A stretch of DNA of 64,000 nt from NCBI RefSeq assembly GCF_041146345.1, contig NW_027191405.1:868001-932000 (forward strand), read 5' to 3'. Below are positions 49,855-63,411 of the stretch, piece by piece (within the stretch, counting starts at the first letter, position 1; every line of letters starts with the position of its first letter). The translations under genes were made by a program, and so were the position numbers. Below the pieces are notes generated by a model. The model was not told the origin of the DNA and searched no databases. It saw only the letters and a program-made list of their open reading frames with translations. Origin of the DNA: Neodothiora populina. Its lineage: Eukaryota.

Positions 49855-51267
49855 CTATTCTCTTATAGAGTCATCAACCACTCTATCATTCTTACCCCTG
49901 ATGCCACCCTCCCAGATCTCAAACGGCAATCCTTTGTCTCCGTTATGGTCTCTGCACCAGCTCGAAAAAGCAACTTTGATCCACCGGTTCCAGCCCACAA
50001 TATCCATGCCTGGACCAAGGACATAGTCTTGTGGTTTCAGAATCGGCTCTTTGAGTAGAACGATCCGGGCCGAGACTTGGTTCGTCCATGTCAGGCCTAG
50101 GGACGGGGTCTTGAGATCTTTGTGGCTGTGAGGGTGGTCGCCCCATCCCGTGAAGAAACGTTGCTGGTGGTCGAGAGAGAGGGGATCGTTTGTGGAAAGA
50201 AGAAGTGGGATCTGGGTTTCTAGCGCCGCTGGAGCAAGTGAAGTCGATGCCTGTCGACCGAGAGGGGTGCTGCGTCCCGAGGCGCTTCCAGGACCGTCAA
50301 GTTGAGTACTGATTGATCTTTGCGAAAGAGCAGATGCTTGTTCCATCAGCGTCGCTGCGGGGGCGAAGCGGTCCAACACCTGGTTTGCAACCACGATGGC
50401 GACGTCCTTGGTCCGAGCTATGTCCCGTAGCAGTGCGCCAAGCTTGGCAAGTTGTGCGCTTCTTTGCGACAAAGCTTCCACGCTCTTCTTTGTCTTTGAA
50501 CTCTCGAACTCGGCTCGAAAGTTGGCGGCTACAGAGTCGACTATGACTAGTCCAATGTTGCTGCGCTCGATCTGGACAGGTACCTGATAGCGGAGGATAT
50601 GCTCCTGTGACTCGAGATCGTGTAATTGTGTACTCTGGACTCGCGAAAGTGAGGGCTTCTCGGAAAGAGGAAGAGAGGTGAGTCGTGGATGCTGCGCGAG
50701 AATCTGGGACAAACGCTTGGTGGACAGCGGCGCTTCGGTCGAAATGTAAAGCGCAGACTTGTCGAGACCAAGCGGTGCGGGAAGCTGGACCGCGAGCAGG
50801 AGCGACAGTAAAAGCTGAGTCTTGCCAGCGGCACTGGACGCTGTCAAGGGTGTGTACTATGCTGTATTGAATTGCTGGACGCACCTTTCTCCAGTGATCT
50901 CAGTCACGTATCCGACAGGAAATCCTCCACCAAGGGCAGCATCCAATGAAACATCCAGAGTGCTGATCGTCTGCCATTCTTTTGATCGCGAGCCTAGCTG
51001 TCCCTGGCCATCGCTGTCTGGCGAGCCAGGCAGCGACAAGAGCTCGTTATCATCTTCTATCAATCCGAGCCGGATGTGTATTGCGTTGGTGATATCGCCC
51101 GCAAGTCTTCTGACTTCGTTCGGCGGCACCTGAGCGCGTTTTGCCACATCAGCCGCGTCAAGCGTGATCAAGTCATTCGTGGTAATGAGCGCCTTCTCAA
51201 GCGAGGGCAGAATGTGCGTGTATGACTTGGTATCAAGATCAGGCAGAACCTGGATCAAATCGGTCAT
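49855..51267 (-). CDS. RAD57: DNA repair protein Rad57 (XRCC3-like Rad51 paralog); intron 50834-50884
   Basis: MTDLIQVLPD; ISTLDVSLDAALGGGFPVGYVTEITGE|SAAGKTQ (Walker A across the intron); YISTEAPL; LVIVDSVAANFR (Walker B); VVANQV; DHQQRFFTGWGD; PSLGLTW. Confidence 0.94.
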
Positions 51268-52247
51268 GGAGTAATGCACAACATCTCAATGTGCCGCCAA
51301 GCCCATCTATATGTCCAATGCGATGCTGATTTGTTATCAACAGAAGCAACCCAAGTGACAAAAGACGCGGCAGGAGGTCGCGAGCGACCGCGCTTATTTC
51401 CACTAGAGAAGGTAATTGCCTTAATTGGATCTCTCTGCTGTCGGACCTTCCTTTGCTCCGAACCCCCCACGTTCCCCAGACTCATACCTTCCTAGTCGCA
51501 TCGCATCAAATCGCGGACGAACACCCGTGGCGTCCAACGTCATCCGAGGTGATGTCTGTTCTACTTGTGTCGTGGATGAAAGGACCAGACGCCCTCATGG
51601 TCCAGAATCTCTGTGGCTATTCGGGATACCGAGACTGTGTCAGTGTAGCTCGTGTCGACTCATATATTATTGTGAGTTGTCAGCAGCTTGATTGATTCTT
51701 CACTGCCTCGTCATCTTAATGAAGCTACGAATTAATTCCTGCGTTTCCATAGATGTCTTTATCAGTTTGACCCCACTCACTCACCACTGACGGCTCGATA
51801 CCACCGAACGCTTATGATTGCCGTCTTCGACTATTGAACGGCGTCTTAGAGGTGACTTTAACTTATAATTTCTTTGTAAGTGACATATCGTTGCACCTCT
51901 TGCAGTCTTTTCTTAGTGCCTCTGCTCTTCCTTGCACTGGCCCGGAGCAATGGGATCTTTGCACATGGTCGCAACCCTGCATATGCTGCGTGCACGCCCC
52001 CACAGAGTGTGCATCACATGTTGGCTATGCTCCGATTTATATCCTCCTCCTACTCACCCTTTGTTATTTCGTTTCGCAATTCCTCATCAGTAAAAAGAAA
52101 CATTTCCCTGTTCTTCCGATGCCGGCGTACTGTCTTCAAGACTGTCACTATTTCTACCGAACAGCTTTGCGCGGCCTTTCCGTCGCTACCCACGTTTCTC
52201 CACTCTACAGCTAGACTAATCAAATCATGTCTGTTAGAAAATTCACC

Positions 52248-54901
52248 ATGTCTAGACCTCTAGACGAGACTCTGTCTTCTTCCAATGGCCAGGGCTCGGA
52301 TTTGGCCCTTCGACAAAGGTCTGATGCAGCTGCTAAGAAAAGTGCAAACAACTATTCCGAAGCGGAAAAATATCCGCTTGCGAACGACACCAATGCAATG
52401 TCTAAACCAGGAATCACTTATGCATCGCAAGACAAGCTTCCAAAACTACCCATCCCAGACTTGGAGAGTTCCCTGAAGAAGTATCTCATTGCTCTGCAGC
52501 CACTCCAGAATGCCAGAGAGCACGGCGAGACCAAAGCTGCTGTGGAAGACTTTCTGCATTCTGAGGGCCCCGAGTTACAGGAGCGACTGAAGAAGTACGC
52601 CACTGGCAAATCTAGTTATATAGAACAATTCTGTAAGCAGCTTCGTCCTGATGCGTCCGAAAAGTGTTACTCATGCCTGTAGGGTACGACTCATATTTGA
52701 ATTTCGACAATCCGGTCGTGCTCAATCTCAATCCGTTTTTCCTGCTCGAAGATGACCCTACTCCTGCAAGAAACAACCAGGTCACGCGTGCTGCATCGCT
52801 CGTGATTTCTTCTCTTGCCTTTGTGAGAGCAGTCAGGAAAGAGGAACTCCCGCCGGACATGCTTCGCGGTCAACCTCTGGACATGTACCAGTACTCACGT
52901 CTTTTTGGTACTGCTCGTATCCCTACAGAAAACGGATGTCAGATCGGCCAAGACCCTTCCTCGAGACATATTGTCGTCATGGTCAGGGGCCAATTCTACT
53001 GGTTCGATGTCCTGGATGAGAACAATGACTTGATCATGACGGAGAAGGATATCTCCGTGAACTTGCAAGTCATTGTGGACGACGCTCAGGACATCCCGAT
53101 CCACGAATTCGCTAAGACTGCTGTCGGTGTGCTTAGCACAGAGAATCGGAAGATCTGGTCGAGTATGCGCGACGTTCTTTCCCGAGAGGAAGGGTCAAAC
53201 AACTCTGATGCGCTCAATATCGTCGACGCTGCCTTGTTTGTCCTGTGTTTGGACTATACCGAGCCAAAGGACACTGCCGATCTTTGCATGAACATGCTCT
53301 GTGGCACATCCAGGATTGAGAATGGTCTGCAAATCGGAACATGTACGAATCGCTGGTATGATAAACTTCAGATCATCGTTTGCAAGAACGGCTCGGCAGG
53401 TATTAATTTCGAACACACCGGCGTAGATGGCCACACAGTCTTGCGTTTCGCATCGGATGTCTACACGGACACGATCCTACGATTTGCACGCTCCATTAAT
53501 GGACAAGCACCATCGTTGTGGGCATCATCCTCCCCTGACCCCTCAAAGCGCGACCCAGCCAGTTTTGGAGATGTCTCGACTACGCCTCACAAGTTGGAGT
53601 GGCAGATGGTGCCAGAATTGACCACTGCTATTCGCTTTGCAGAGACCCGTCTCGCAGATTTGATTCAGCAAAACGAATTCGCGACACTGGAATTCAGTCA
53701 TTACGGCAAGAACTTCATGACCAGCATGGGCTTCTCGCCTGATGCTTTCGTACAAATGGCCTTTCAGGCCGCATACTACGGATTATACGGTCGCATGGAT
53801 TGCGTTTACGAGCCGGCGATGACAAAGATCTACTATCATGGGCGTACCGAAGCGATCCGCTCCGTTACTCCTGAAAGTACAGAGTTCGTCAAACTGTTCT
53901 GGGGCGAGCACCCGCCTCAGCAGAAGATAGAAGCTTTAAAGAAAGCCTGTCAGCGACACACAGAGACAACCAAGGAGTGTGCCAAAGCTCAAGGTCAAGA
54001 CCGACATCTTTACGCTTTGTACTGCGTCTGGCAGCGAATGATCGATGGCGACGAAGAGGTTCTCGCCTCAAATGGATCACGCAGTCGAGGCGCCAGCTGC
54101 AACAGCAACACCGGAAGCCCCAACGGCTCTTTGCTCTCTGATCCCTCGGACCTCGTCAGCGAAGACGGCAGCGACTCACAAAGCCCTCTGTGCCGCATCC
54201 AGACAAACACAGGCGCTTTGCCGAGCATATTCGCCGACTCAGGCTGGGACAAACTCAACTCGACGATCCTCAGCACCTCCAACTGCGGTAACCCTTCTCT
54301 GCGTCAATTCGGCTTCGGTCCCACAAGCGGCGACGGCTTCGGAATCGGCTACATCATCAAAGACGGCAGCATTTCCATCTGCGCAAGCAGTAAACATCGA
54401 CAGACTCAACGGTACATCGACGCTCTGGAGAGCTATTTCCTCGAGCTCAGACGTCTGCTGCGCCAAACGCAGAGGCAAGGCACAAGCACAGACAAACAAG
54501 CCAGCCGAGCACGAGAGGCCGAAAGCATGGAGGAAATGAAAAACAAGAAACGTCCGCTGGCCAACAGGCTTAAGTCCAGAGGTCGACTCGTCGACGGCGC
54601 CGGCACGAAGACTCCGCTCGAAGAAAGCGAAATGGGAAGCGATGACGACGATCTAGGCGGATGTAAGTGTGAACAGTCTGTTTATGCCTTGTCCCTCTTT
54701 TCCTCCCCTCTGCTTCTACATGAAAACAAAACCAAAGAACCACAAATCACTAATACGTCAACCCCCACAACAGACGGATTTTTCGACGCAGGAATGCTGC
54801 AAGCCGCACTGAAAGCAAACCAAGAGAAGAAGAGCAGGCCGAGCGAAAAAGCCGCCGCGAGAAGCAAAGTGGGCAAGAAACTGCAACTGATGGAGTTCTG
54901 A
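52248..54901 (+). CDS. YAT1: Carnitine O-acetyltransferase (FacC/Yat1 type); introns 52633-52682 and 54663-54773; alternative ATG at 52227
   Basis: QDKLPKLPIPDL; SYIEQF|WYDSYL; NRWYDKLQ; FEHTGVDG (catalytic His); YEPAMTK...GRTEAIR; LSTSNCGNP...FGFGP; GG|YGFFDAG; no PTS1 at the C-terminus. Confidence 0.94.
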
Positions 54902-55754
54902 TTCCGTTTTCGCTTCCTCTTACTTATTTCAACGGACAAATATACGACTTGTTTGTTGTAGCTTATGCTTTGCTTCCTTTGTTCATTGGGGGGTCAGCTT
55001 GTATATGATTGGCAAGTCTGTTCGTCTCTGCTGAACAGTGTCTACAGTATGTGATTGTCATCTGTACCTTCATGCTACAAGATGTGAACTTGAGAGCTTG
55101 CGTCATGCACAATAACTAGTCCCTTCTATCTCATGTTACTAGCTATATCTTGTCATTGAAAGCCAAATCTTCATTCGTACAGTATATGTATGATGTCAAA
55201 ACAATGAGAATAAATAGTTGTTCTATCTGGTGTAGTAGGAACTAGTCCTACTGATATGAACAGACAAACGGGCATTAGCTCTTGCAAAAAAGAAAAATGA
55301 AACACAGTTCGCCCGTAAGTCTGCTCGATACACAGAGACAGCTTATCTAAAAGCATCGAGTATGGCAATTGAGATATTGAAACATCTAAGAGAGTTCCGT
55401 GGGTATAAGAAAAGAATATCAAGGGCTCTAAGCTGCCATGGTGATGCTAACACAAATCGTGATTTCCTCACGATGAAAACAAGAGAACATGGAAACCAAG
55501 ACTAATGGCTGGCGGCGATTAAAGAGTGAGTGAGTGTGAAAGAAAACAATCATATACTTCGTGTAAAAACCGACCAAAACTCCAGATATAGAGGGTATAA
55601 GGAACGACAGCGCTGTGAATGAAACGTTCAATCATTAAGATGCTTATTGCCTTGGCAAAACAACAGAGTTCGGAATCGGTGGAGGTAGTGTCTGTTCTCC
55701 TGCGAGACCGCTGACACCTATTTGGCCCTCCCTCAAGTCACCTTGACTGCGGCT

Positions 55755-57173
55755 TCACAATAGATGAGCCGGCATGGTGGGACTTTGTAATCGAGAAGTA
55801 CCTGGACGGCTCAGACTGCGCACACTTGCTGGTCCGAGACTGATTGCGGGGCTGGACGGGCGACTATTGTCTCCGTAACGCGAAAGGGCAGAGTTCTTGC
55901 GGCCGCGAGCTGAGAGTGGGATCTCACTGTCACCCGGAAGGACCTGTCCGCCATAGGGCGAGGCAACGAATACAGTACCCGGACTAGCCGCTGGCGGTGG
56001 TGTCGGAGAATCAGAGCGGAAAAGGGGGTGTATGTGAGACTCGTCATTCGACCCTGAAGGCCGGCGCATCATTGCACCAGATGCGAAAGGGGGAGTGAAT
56101 GCTCTGGCAGTGGGACTATCCAATATAAGAGGTGATGTCGGCGACACTGGTGCAGCCTTGTGGCTTAGCACAGCTTGCCGAGCTTGTGAGGGGAATTCTG
56201 GTAGAGCTCTTGGTGGTGGGACGGGCAAAGACTCTTCTCCTATGCGTACAGGATCAGATAGGAAAGGTCCATCCAAAGCGCAAGCGGGAGAGACTGGGCG
56301 ACTTCCTGGAATGGTTTCAAGTCGCCCCAGACCTGGACCCGGCACTGCGACAGCAGGACTAGATGCGTCAATCGGAGTGTCAACCTCCCATGTCTCGAAG
56401 CCGTCTTCTTGTCGTACGTGGTCCTGGGGAATATCCTGCCTGCTATTTGAGGCATCCTTGGGGAACGAGTCTTTCTTAGGCGATACAAGTCGAGTCTTCG
56501 ATGTCACTGGCCGAAGGAAGGTTACTACTGAGTTTCTCACACTGGCGATAGGGCTTGCTGTGAAAGAAGAGAACGTTGGTGAATGCGGATTCGAGTGAGG
56601 GTACGCCGTAGGTGAGAACGCAGCCAATGATATTTGCTGGCCTGTTTTGTACTCGTTGACAGTGGCTACTTCTGAAGCAACAGTGATGCTGTCGAAAGAC
56701 GAAGATGAGTGTCTGTGACAGAGAACAAAGAACACGATCAGTGCCGTCAGAGATACTGTCCACATGGCAAGAGCTGCTGCAACAAGTCGTGATACACCCC
56801 AAGGGTCGCGAGTCTGCTCAAGATGAAGCCGATGACCACGCATCCAGGCAAGAATATATATGGAGAGGACGAATGCAATAGCCGAAAGTGACACTATGGC
56901 ACCCTCGACGACCCACCGCGACAACGAAGTGGGTGAGCGGGGTCTGTCATGTTTCCAGAAATGTATGATTGAATAAGACAATAGGGCAGCGAGAGAAATG
57001 ATGTCCAGTACAGCTGCCGCAAGAGCTGGTCCGCGGATTTGTTCTTGATTCAGGGTGGATGTTGCAAATAATGTTACTAGCGTTGTCAATGCAATGGACG
57101 AAACACCGGTGACCACGCAGCTGGCAAGGCACGCAAGGTGATGCCTACATTGGACAACTTTGCCCGACGACAT
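55755..57173 (-). CDS. Conserved fungal membrane protein: about 4 N-terminal TM helices and a Ser/Pro-rich cytosolic tail; function unknown
   Basis: Four hydrophobic segments after MSSGKV; tail motifs RPVTSKTRL, EDGFETWE, LETIPGSRPVSPA, ESHIHPLFRSDSPTPPP. ATG 57173 chosen because the ORF-track start is a TTG. Confidence 0.78.
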   Translation of the reverse strand: MSSGKVVQCRHHLACLASCVVTGVSSIALTTLVTLFATSTLNQEQIRGPALAAAVLDIISLAALLSYSIIHFWKHDRPRSPTSLSRWVVEGAIVSLSAIAFVLSIYILAWMRGHRLHLEQTRDPWGVSRLVAAALAMWTVSLTALIVFFVLCHRHSSSSFDSITVASEVATVNEYKTGQQISLAAFSPTAYPHSNPHSPTFSSFTASPIASVRNSVVTFLRPVTSKTRLVSPKKDSFPKDASNSRQDIPQDHVRQEDGFETWEVDTPIDASSPAVAVPGPGLGRLETIPGSRPVSPACALDGPFLSDPVRIGEESLPVPPPRALPEFPSQARQAVLSHKAAPVSPTSPLILDSPTARAFTPPFASGAMMRRPSGSNDESHIHPLFRSDSPTPPPAASPGTVFVASPYGGQVLPGDSEIPLSARGRKNSALSRYGDNSRPSSPAISLGPASVRSLSRPGTSRLQSPTMPAHLL

Positions 57174-60125
57174 TGTTGACCAAGTGAAAAATTGATTCTT
57201 GAAGTTGTTTTGTAGTTTGCGGAATGCATATACGATATCACAAAGAGCGGTGGGCACACAGCAGTAGAGAACGCCCGACTGGGAATCGGCGAAGCAGCAG
57301 TCCGGAAATAGACTGGCACCCGTACCTGCAGTGTAGATAGTCGAAGTCAGATATACGAGGTGAGCTACACAGCTTCGCAGGCTGTGCAAGAATGAGCGAC
57401 CAGGTCTTCGGTATCCAGTATCATGAGAGTTGCATAAAGTCGACCACGAGATGATTCAAGCAGGTGCACTTCGACCAATTGGGCATCGCCCACAGCCAGT
57501 GAGGGTCCAGGTTTTAATATCTCTGAGATCGACGTTGACGCGGGGTTGGAGAGCGGGAGGACGGGGATGTCTGTATAGTGCTGATCGTTTCCAGAAAAAC
57601 GTGTCCGTTGGGATTGATTGCAGTGACTGCTGTCAGAGGACCATGTGGTATCGAGCGGCTGTCGAGGAACGAGGATGCAGGCCGTTGACGGATGTAGGCT
57701 GAGGTATGATTTGTCTTCTCGGAACGTTGAATACCTGTCGTGTCATGCAGCTAGGGAAGATAACCAGTTTTGGATGTCGAGGGTTGGACGTATCCGGAGG
57801 CCGAAACTTGGAACATGAGACTCAATATATGCATTCTGCTGCACACATCCCAGGGCATGTCACTGTGCCGAAGCGTATTGTTGTTGTTACGAAAACCCAT
57901 ACCCATACCAACAGCACAAGCACTTCATTCAATTAGTGTATACGCGGCATGGCTCGGTACCTGGTTTGCGAGCACAAACGCGAAGCCAAATGAGATTGGC
58001 GTTGATCGCACCGCAAGCCACGACGATGCTAGGTCCAAGCTGTTTACAGACATCTCATCGTAAGCCGACAGTGCGTCGTGCAGATGCATTCATGACAGGG
58101 TTCAATGCTGAGCTGCTGTCCGCTATACTCGTACCAGGCCGTAGAAGGCTCCTTGGCATATCCCTCTCGGTGCCAACTGTTTATCGCCATGATTTGAACG
58201 CTCCGGAGGCAGTCTCAGCCGCAGGTTGACTACGAAAGAGGAAGAGGCAGCCCCTCTCGAGCGCGCACAGCGCGGATACACAGACACTTACCTTGACTCT
58301 TCTCAGATGTGCAGCTGCAGCAGAGCTTTAGACTAGTGTTGGTTTCTAAATAGATTGACGGGCGCCTCAGGCAAGCGCATATGCGAGTACAGCATCAGAA
58401 CTGCAGATGTGTTGAGTAAGATCCTTGGTGCTCTGAACAAACGTTGATCTCAAGTTTGACAAGCAGGTGGGGTATCGGTTTGGTTCCCGCAGGACCGCAG
58501 GAGCGGGTACAGATTTAGCGGCGGACGGGGCTTCTGGTCCCGCACTCTATAAACGAGATTAGTGCTGAGGTAAAAGGTAGCATTTCGTACATTGTCCAGC
58601 GTTACACAAAATTGCTTAGAACTGTTCCTGCCAGGATTTTGTGCTTTCCAGAGCGCCTAACGCTCCGTGAACTGCAGAAGAATGGTACCACAGGCGTTAC
58701 CCGTGGACTCAGTTCCGCCCCCTTCTAATCCTTCTAGACACTCAATAAGATTTGCAGATCAGAGCGATCGCGAAGATCGATCACGATGGTCAGATACGCT
58801 GGAATCGTATATCTGTAACAAGACCAACCAATCCGTGTCATGGTTTCGAGGATGATATTCCCGGCTACAGGGCGGTAGGGGAAACCTTAATGGATAGAGT
58901 GATAGGATATTAGGTAGCTTACCATACCTACCTACCTACCTAGTGTACAAGTGATAAGCTATGGTGTACCAAGTCATCGCCTGCGACGACATCACTCATT
59001 TCCTCCACGGTAAGTAAACAAAACAATGGCTATGGGGCAATGATACTCTCCGTCATCCTGCGGAGTTCGGCGGATAAAAGGAGCCAGAGCTCAGTTCATA
59101 TGGTAAGCAGGCCAAATGAGATCCATTTATTAATGAATCAAAAACAATGGCGTTGTCTGTGGTGAACAAATAATGCTGAAGCGCTGCAGTGCTAGCCTCT
59201 GTCATTACCTCCCTTGCGATGCTGCGTGAAGTGTCAGCCTGAATCACTGTTGTCCCTTCACCACTTCCGCATAGATCGCTCTTCCAGCACTGAACAAATG
59301 AACATTTGAGCAGCGTACTGGATTGAGGCCAGTGGCCAATGCTGTGACGATCAGGCAGTCGTGCTACGACCAGAGATGGGAAACGCAGAGTGAGCTCCGG
59401 TACACAAGCTCTGGTACACAAGCAAAAAAGTCCGCAGTGAACGCTATACTGTGACTGGTGCCTGCCTGCTTTCTCCTAAAAGGTGTTCGGCCTTCCAAAG
59501 GAATCAGCGAGATCTAACCGTGAAGTTTCAGCTTTTGGCTCAAGCTCGGAGGCCTTCGGTGAACCACGAACATGAGGATCGGCAGTCCAGCACCGACAGA
59601 GAGTAAGGTAGGTACTTGAAAGAATGATGCCCGAAGGAGTCCTTCGTACACGTGCTTCGTAGAGGGTCTCGATGGTCCAATCCAAGACAGACTACTTGAC
59701 CTCGACGAACTCCGACTAGGCCGCGGACCTAGAAGGTCCGCTTTCATTCCAGAATGAAAATATACTTTCGTCTCGAAGATCCAAAATCGCGAAGTCGGTC
59801 ACGGGATGTCATGACTTGACTTGTTATTCGTTAAGGAGTATTTGAACTTACTCTGGAATGACCTGACACTTGCTAGAGCTTCAGAATTGATCTAAGTTGA
59901 TTTCACGTGGTAATAGATTGAACTTCAGTCACGGTCTATTTTGAGCTGACCCGCTATTTCTTACAAATTCTGTTCTTCAAATGAGGCATCATATGTCTCC
60001 TTCCCAAGCATCAGAACGTGGAACACTTAGGCCAGGGGCTCTTATATACATATTTCTAAAAGGTTTACATATAGATTTCTCCTGAAACTCGGGTCTAGAT
60101 TACTTGGCAATCGCAGCAATATGTC

Positions 60126-61729
60126 TCAGGATGTCTGCTGGTGGTCAGCTCGCCGCTTGGTTCTCCACAACGCCGCCAGGAAGAGGGAAGAAACGATGTA
60201 GGCTAGGCCGGTAAAGACTTGAGCCCATAAATACGGCCTCGACCCATCTCGTCGTATGTACAATCCTATCACCTCCGCAAACAGACAGGGCAGTACAATG
60301 GCAAGCCAAGTAAGTGACAGCAGCGAAGGCACTTCACGAAGTCCCGCTACTTCTGCTGCCAACGGCGCTACCGTCTACAACACCAAAAGTTAGCTTTCGC
60401 ATTGGAGATTCGTTGTACAGAGTCTGAATATACGCACCATCCAGAATGTTCCTATCGTCATCCCAGCTAATATGGCGTAAAAGATGAGGACGCCATAAGA
60501 ATTTGCTGGGATCCAAATGATGAAACAGCAGATACCAGTGAACATCGAAAGCGAACCCGCGATTATCAATCGACCCCATCTATCACTAGCGAAGCCCACT
60601 GCTGGTCGTCCGATCGCAGTACCTAGATTCAGTAAAGCGGTAATATTACTCGCTTGTGACTGCGTAAGACCTATTGAGACGGCGAAGGCAGAGAGACTGT
60701 ACAGAAGAACCATGTACCCTAATAAGTTGACAAAAGAGTACAGAAGCAAGAGGATTACTTCTGGTCGTTTAAGCAGGTAGCTTGCGAAGCCTACTTGCAT
60801 TGGCTTGACCTGAGCGTTGCGATCGCGAAGGAGGATTGTTGCGAGCAAATTAAATGCGAAGCAGAGTATGCCTGTTATGCGAAGTGACCATGCCAGACTG
60901 ATGCTGTTGTTGGGGAGCAGTACACGTCAGTCGCTATCTCTTCAGAGCGTGAACAGCAAGTTGAACCAGATACGAGTGTGCTTACCCATCAATCATCGCA
61001 TGTGTTCCAAGACTGAAAATGATGCCGCCCACGCCAGACCCAGCACTAGAGAAACCCTGAGCCAAGGTCCGTCTCTTGTGGAACCACTGGGGCAACACAG
61101 TCACGGAAGGGATCTCGTTGATGTCAGCGTCAGCGTCCACGTACTTGATTGACTCGTAGACGGCATTCTTACAAACATGAATCCAATCCCGACTCCAATC
61201 ATAAAGCCCTGCGTTGCATAAAGATGGGAAATCTTTGTTGCGAAGCTTGCAGCAATGAATCCACAAGCATGCACTAGGACACCGATCGACATGGTGAATC
61301 GTGTACCCAGTGTCCTAGTTGTGATAGTGACCAAGGGTGCGATGAAGAGTGCAACAGCGAACTCGAGACCGCCTATAACTGCGTAGTCGAATGACGTCGC
61401 GTCGTGAAATGTGTCATTTGCCAGATAGTATGATAAATAGACTCCATAAGATGCAGCCTTGGAATTGTCAATATTGATAATCCGACTTGCTGCCAATTAT
61501 GATGTCTTGCTTACTTGTCCCCAGACGAAGCAGTTGATAATTCTAGACAATACGTTAGTTGGTAGTAGGCAGATTAGGAAAAGAGTAGTGTCTACCCAAC
61601 CGCAAGAACACATATCCACCCATATCCACCTTCTGGGACATCATCAAGCACTTTGGTCGCTACTGGTGAAGGAATTTCTCCGTCAACCGGGTCGACATGC
61701 GGTATGTCCAACTTCTCGGGACTTGACAT
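60126..61729 (-). CDS. MFS monocarboxylate porter-family (MCT/Mch-like) transporter; introns 61543-61595, 61458-61514, 61114-61172, 60904-60985, 60375-60437
   Basis: DVPEGGYGWICV; INCFVWG; SYGVYLSYYL; GIGFMF|IPSVTVLPQWFHKRR; GSGVGG; LAWSLR; LGYMVLLYSL; GRPAVGFASDRWGR. Confidence 0.9.
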
Positions 61730-62363
61730 AGTCGACAATCAGGTGCGGTAACAATTCACGAGAACAGACAAAACATACAAAGGCGTCTCTCAAGCCATTA
61801 TCGTGGGAAGGATTATGTCAAAAGAATCCCAATACGAATTTGCGAAACACAAAATGTGTTTCTGGTGTCGGAAGGTCCGTCTTTAGTACTAAACCCCATC
61901 TTAAGCATCCGAAACGCTTTCCCATTTCGGTTGTGTATTGAGGCACTGGATTGAGGAGAAGAACGGCATCGACTTACTCCAAAGGTGGGGAAAAGATTTG
62001 TCGGCGCCGAAGCCGCCAACGTCGTTTTTGAACTGAGCGAGGTCTCCCAAGCACAGGTGGCGCCGTCTTTGCCGTGAGTGGCTTCGCTGCACCGCCTTAG
62101 TCTTGACCGAACTTCAGACCGCAACGTCATGCGAGGCTACCGCTTTTTGGACTTTTGGGAGAGATATAATTAAGGTACCTTTAAGGTGTGGTAAACACTA
62201 CCTATACTATACCATTGATATCATCTTTTCTTTACGAATATACCTTCGATCACTTACAAGGTCATTTTCGGCTTGCGAACACAATCTATCATCACATACT
62301 GCATCGCGCAGAAGTCCATTTACGTGCCCACTGAGTTGCTTCGTAAACTCGTGAACCGAAAAC

Positions 62364-63327
62364 ATGCCTTCTCAAACTCGCAATGTTGCTATGCAGAGGT
62401 GGCTAGCGGACAACTTCACGCTCAGTCCACTATTTGTGCTACAGGTCAGCCTGACTTGATCCACCTTGTCTCGCCGTCGCCACTGTACTGATGACTTACA
62501 GGGCATATACCACTTTCTGCGTCACCGCTATATGTGGCCGCTGTTCAGAACTCGACTGATACCACTGACACTCCTCTCTGTCTGTGTGGTCACATTACTA
62601 TTTCTGACGACCTACCTTCCTCAAGTAGCGATCTTGTCTCTCTTCCACGGTCGCGACTCCGCTTTCGCAAATGGAGCGTTCCTGGTCTTGAGTGAAGCAA
62701 ATCTGATCATCGCAATCCTTTTCGAGGCCTTCCTGGTCGACAAGACCCAAGTCGATAGCTTTGATGCTGTGCTCGTCGCAAAGGGCCATGCCGACCTGGT
62801 CAGAACTCGTAGACCAGTAGCTGACGAAGGCTCCGATCCTCTCGACAGATTAGGCCCTCGCGAGAAGGGGGCCATATTCGCGCCCTTCTCGTTCCGTCAA
62901 ATCGTCGAGTTTGTCATCTTCTTGCCGCTTAACTTCATACCTTACGTTGGTGTACCTCTCTTCTTGCTCCTCACTGGGTACCGTGCGGGCCCGCTTCTTC
63001 AATACCGCTATTTCATGCTTAAGGGTTTCACGAAGAAGGAAAGAAGGGCGTTCGCCAAGACCAAGTCAATGCGGTGGCAATATATGTGGTTTGGGACCGT
63101 GTACATGGTAAGCTAGATCCCTTCTCACCTGCAAGCACTGTTTGAGACTAGAGCTGATGGATCGTCAGATACTTCAATTGATTCCCGTACTGAGTATGCT
63201 GTTCTTGTTGACAAGTGCGGCTGGAAGTGCCTTGTGGGCTGCAGAAATGGAAGACAGAAGGCAAAGACGGCCAGCCCTCGAGGCCGATGATGAGGAGCAA
63301 CCTCCTGCTTACACTGATTATATCTAG
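62364..63327 (+). CDS. EI24/CysZ-like membrane protein (Rrt8/Lds family); introns 62445-62501 and 63108-63168
   Basis: Spliced ...LFVLQ|GIYHFLRH...LFLTTYLPQVAIL...LVLSE...FDAVL...LPLNFIPYVG...RYF...FG...M|ILQLIPVLSMLFLLTSAAGSALWA. Confidence 0.85.
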
Positions 63328-63411
63328 TCTTTTTGTGTCATTTCTATGTATCCTAATCTAGGCCGTATCTTGTGCAAGTCATGACTATCAACATTACCCG
63401 AGATGCCCACT

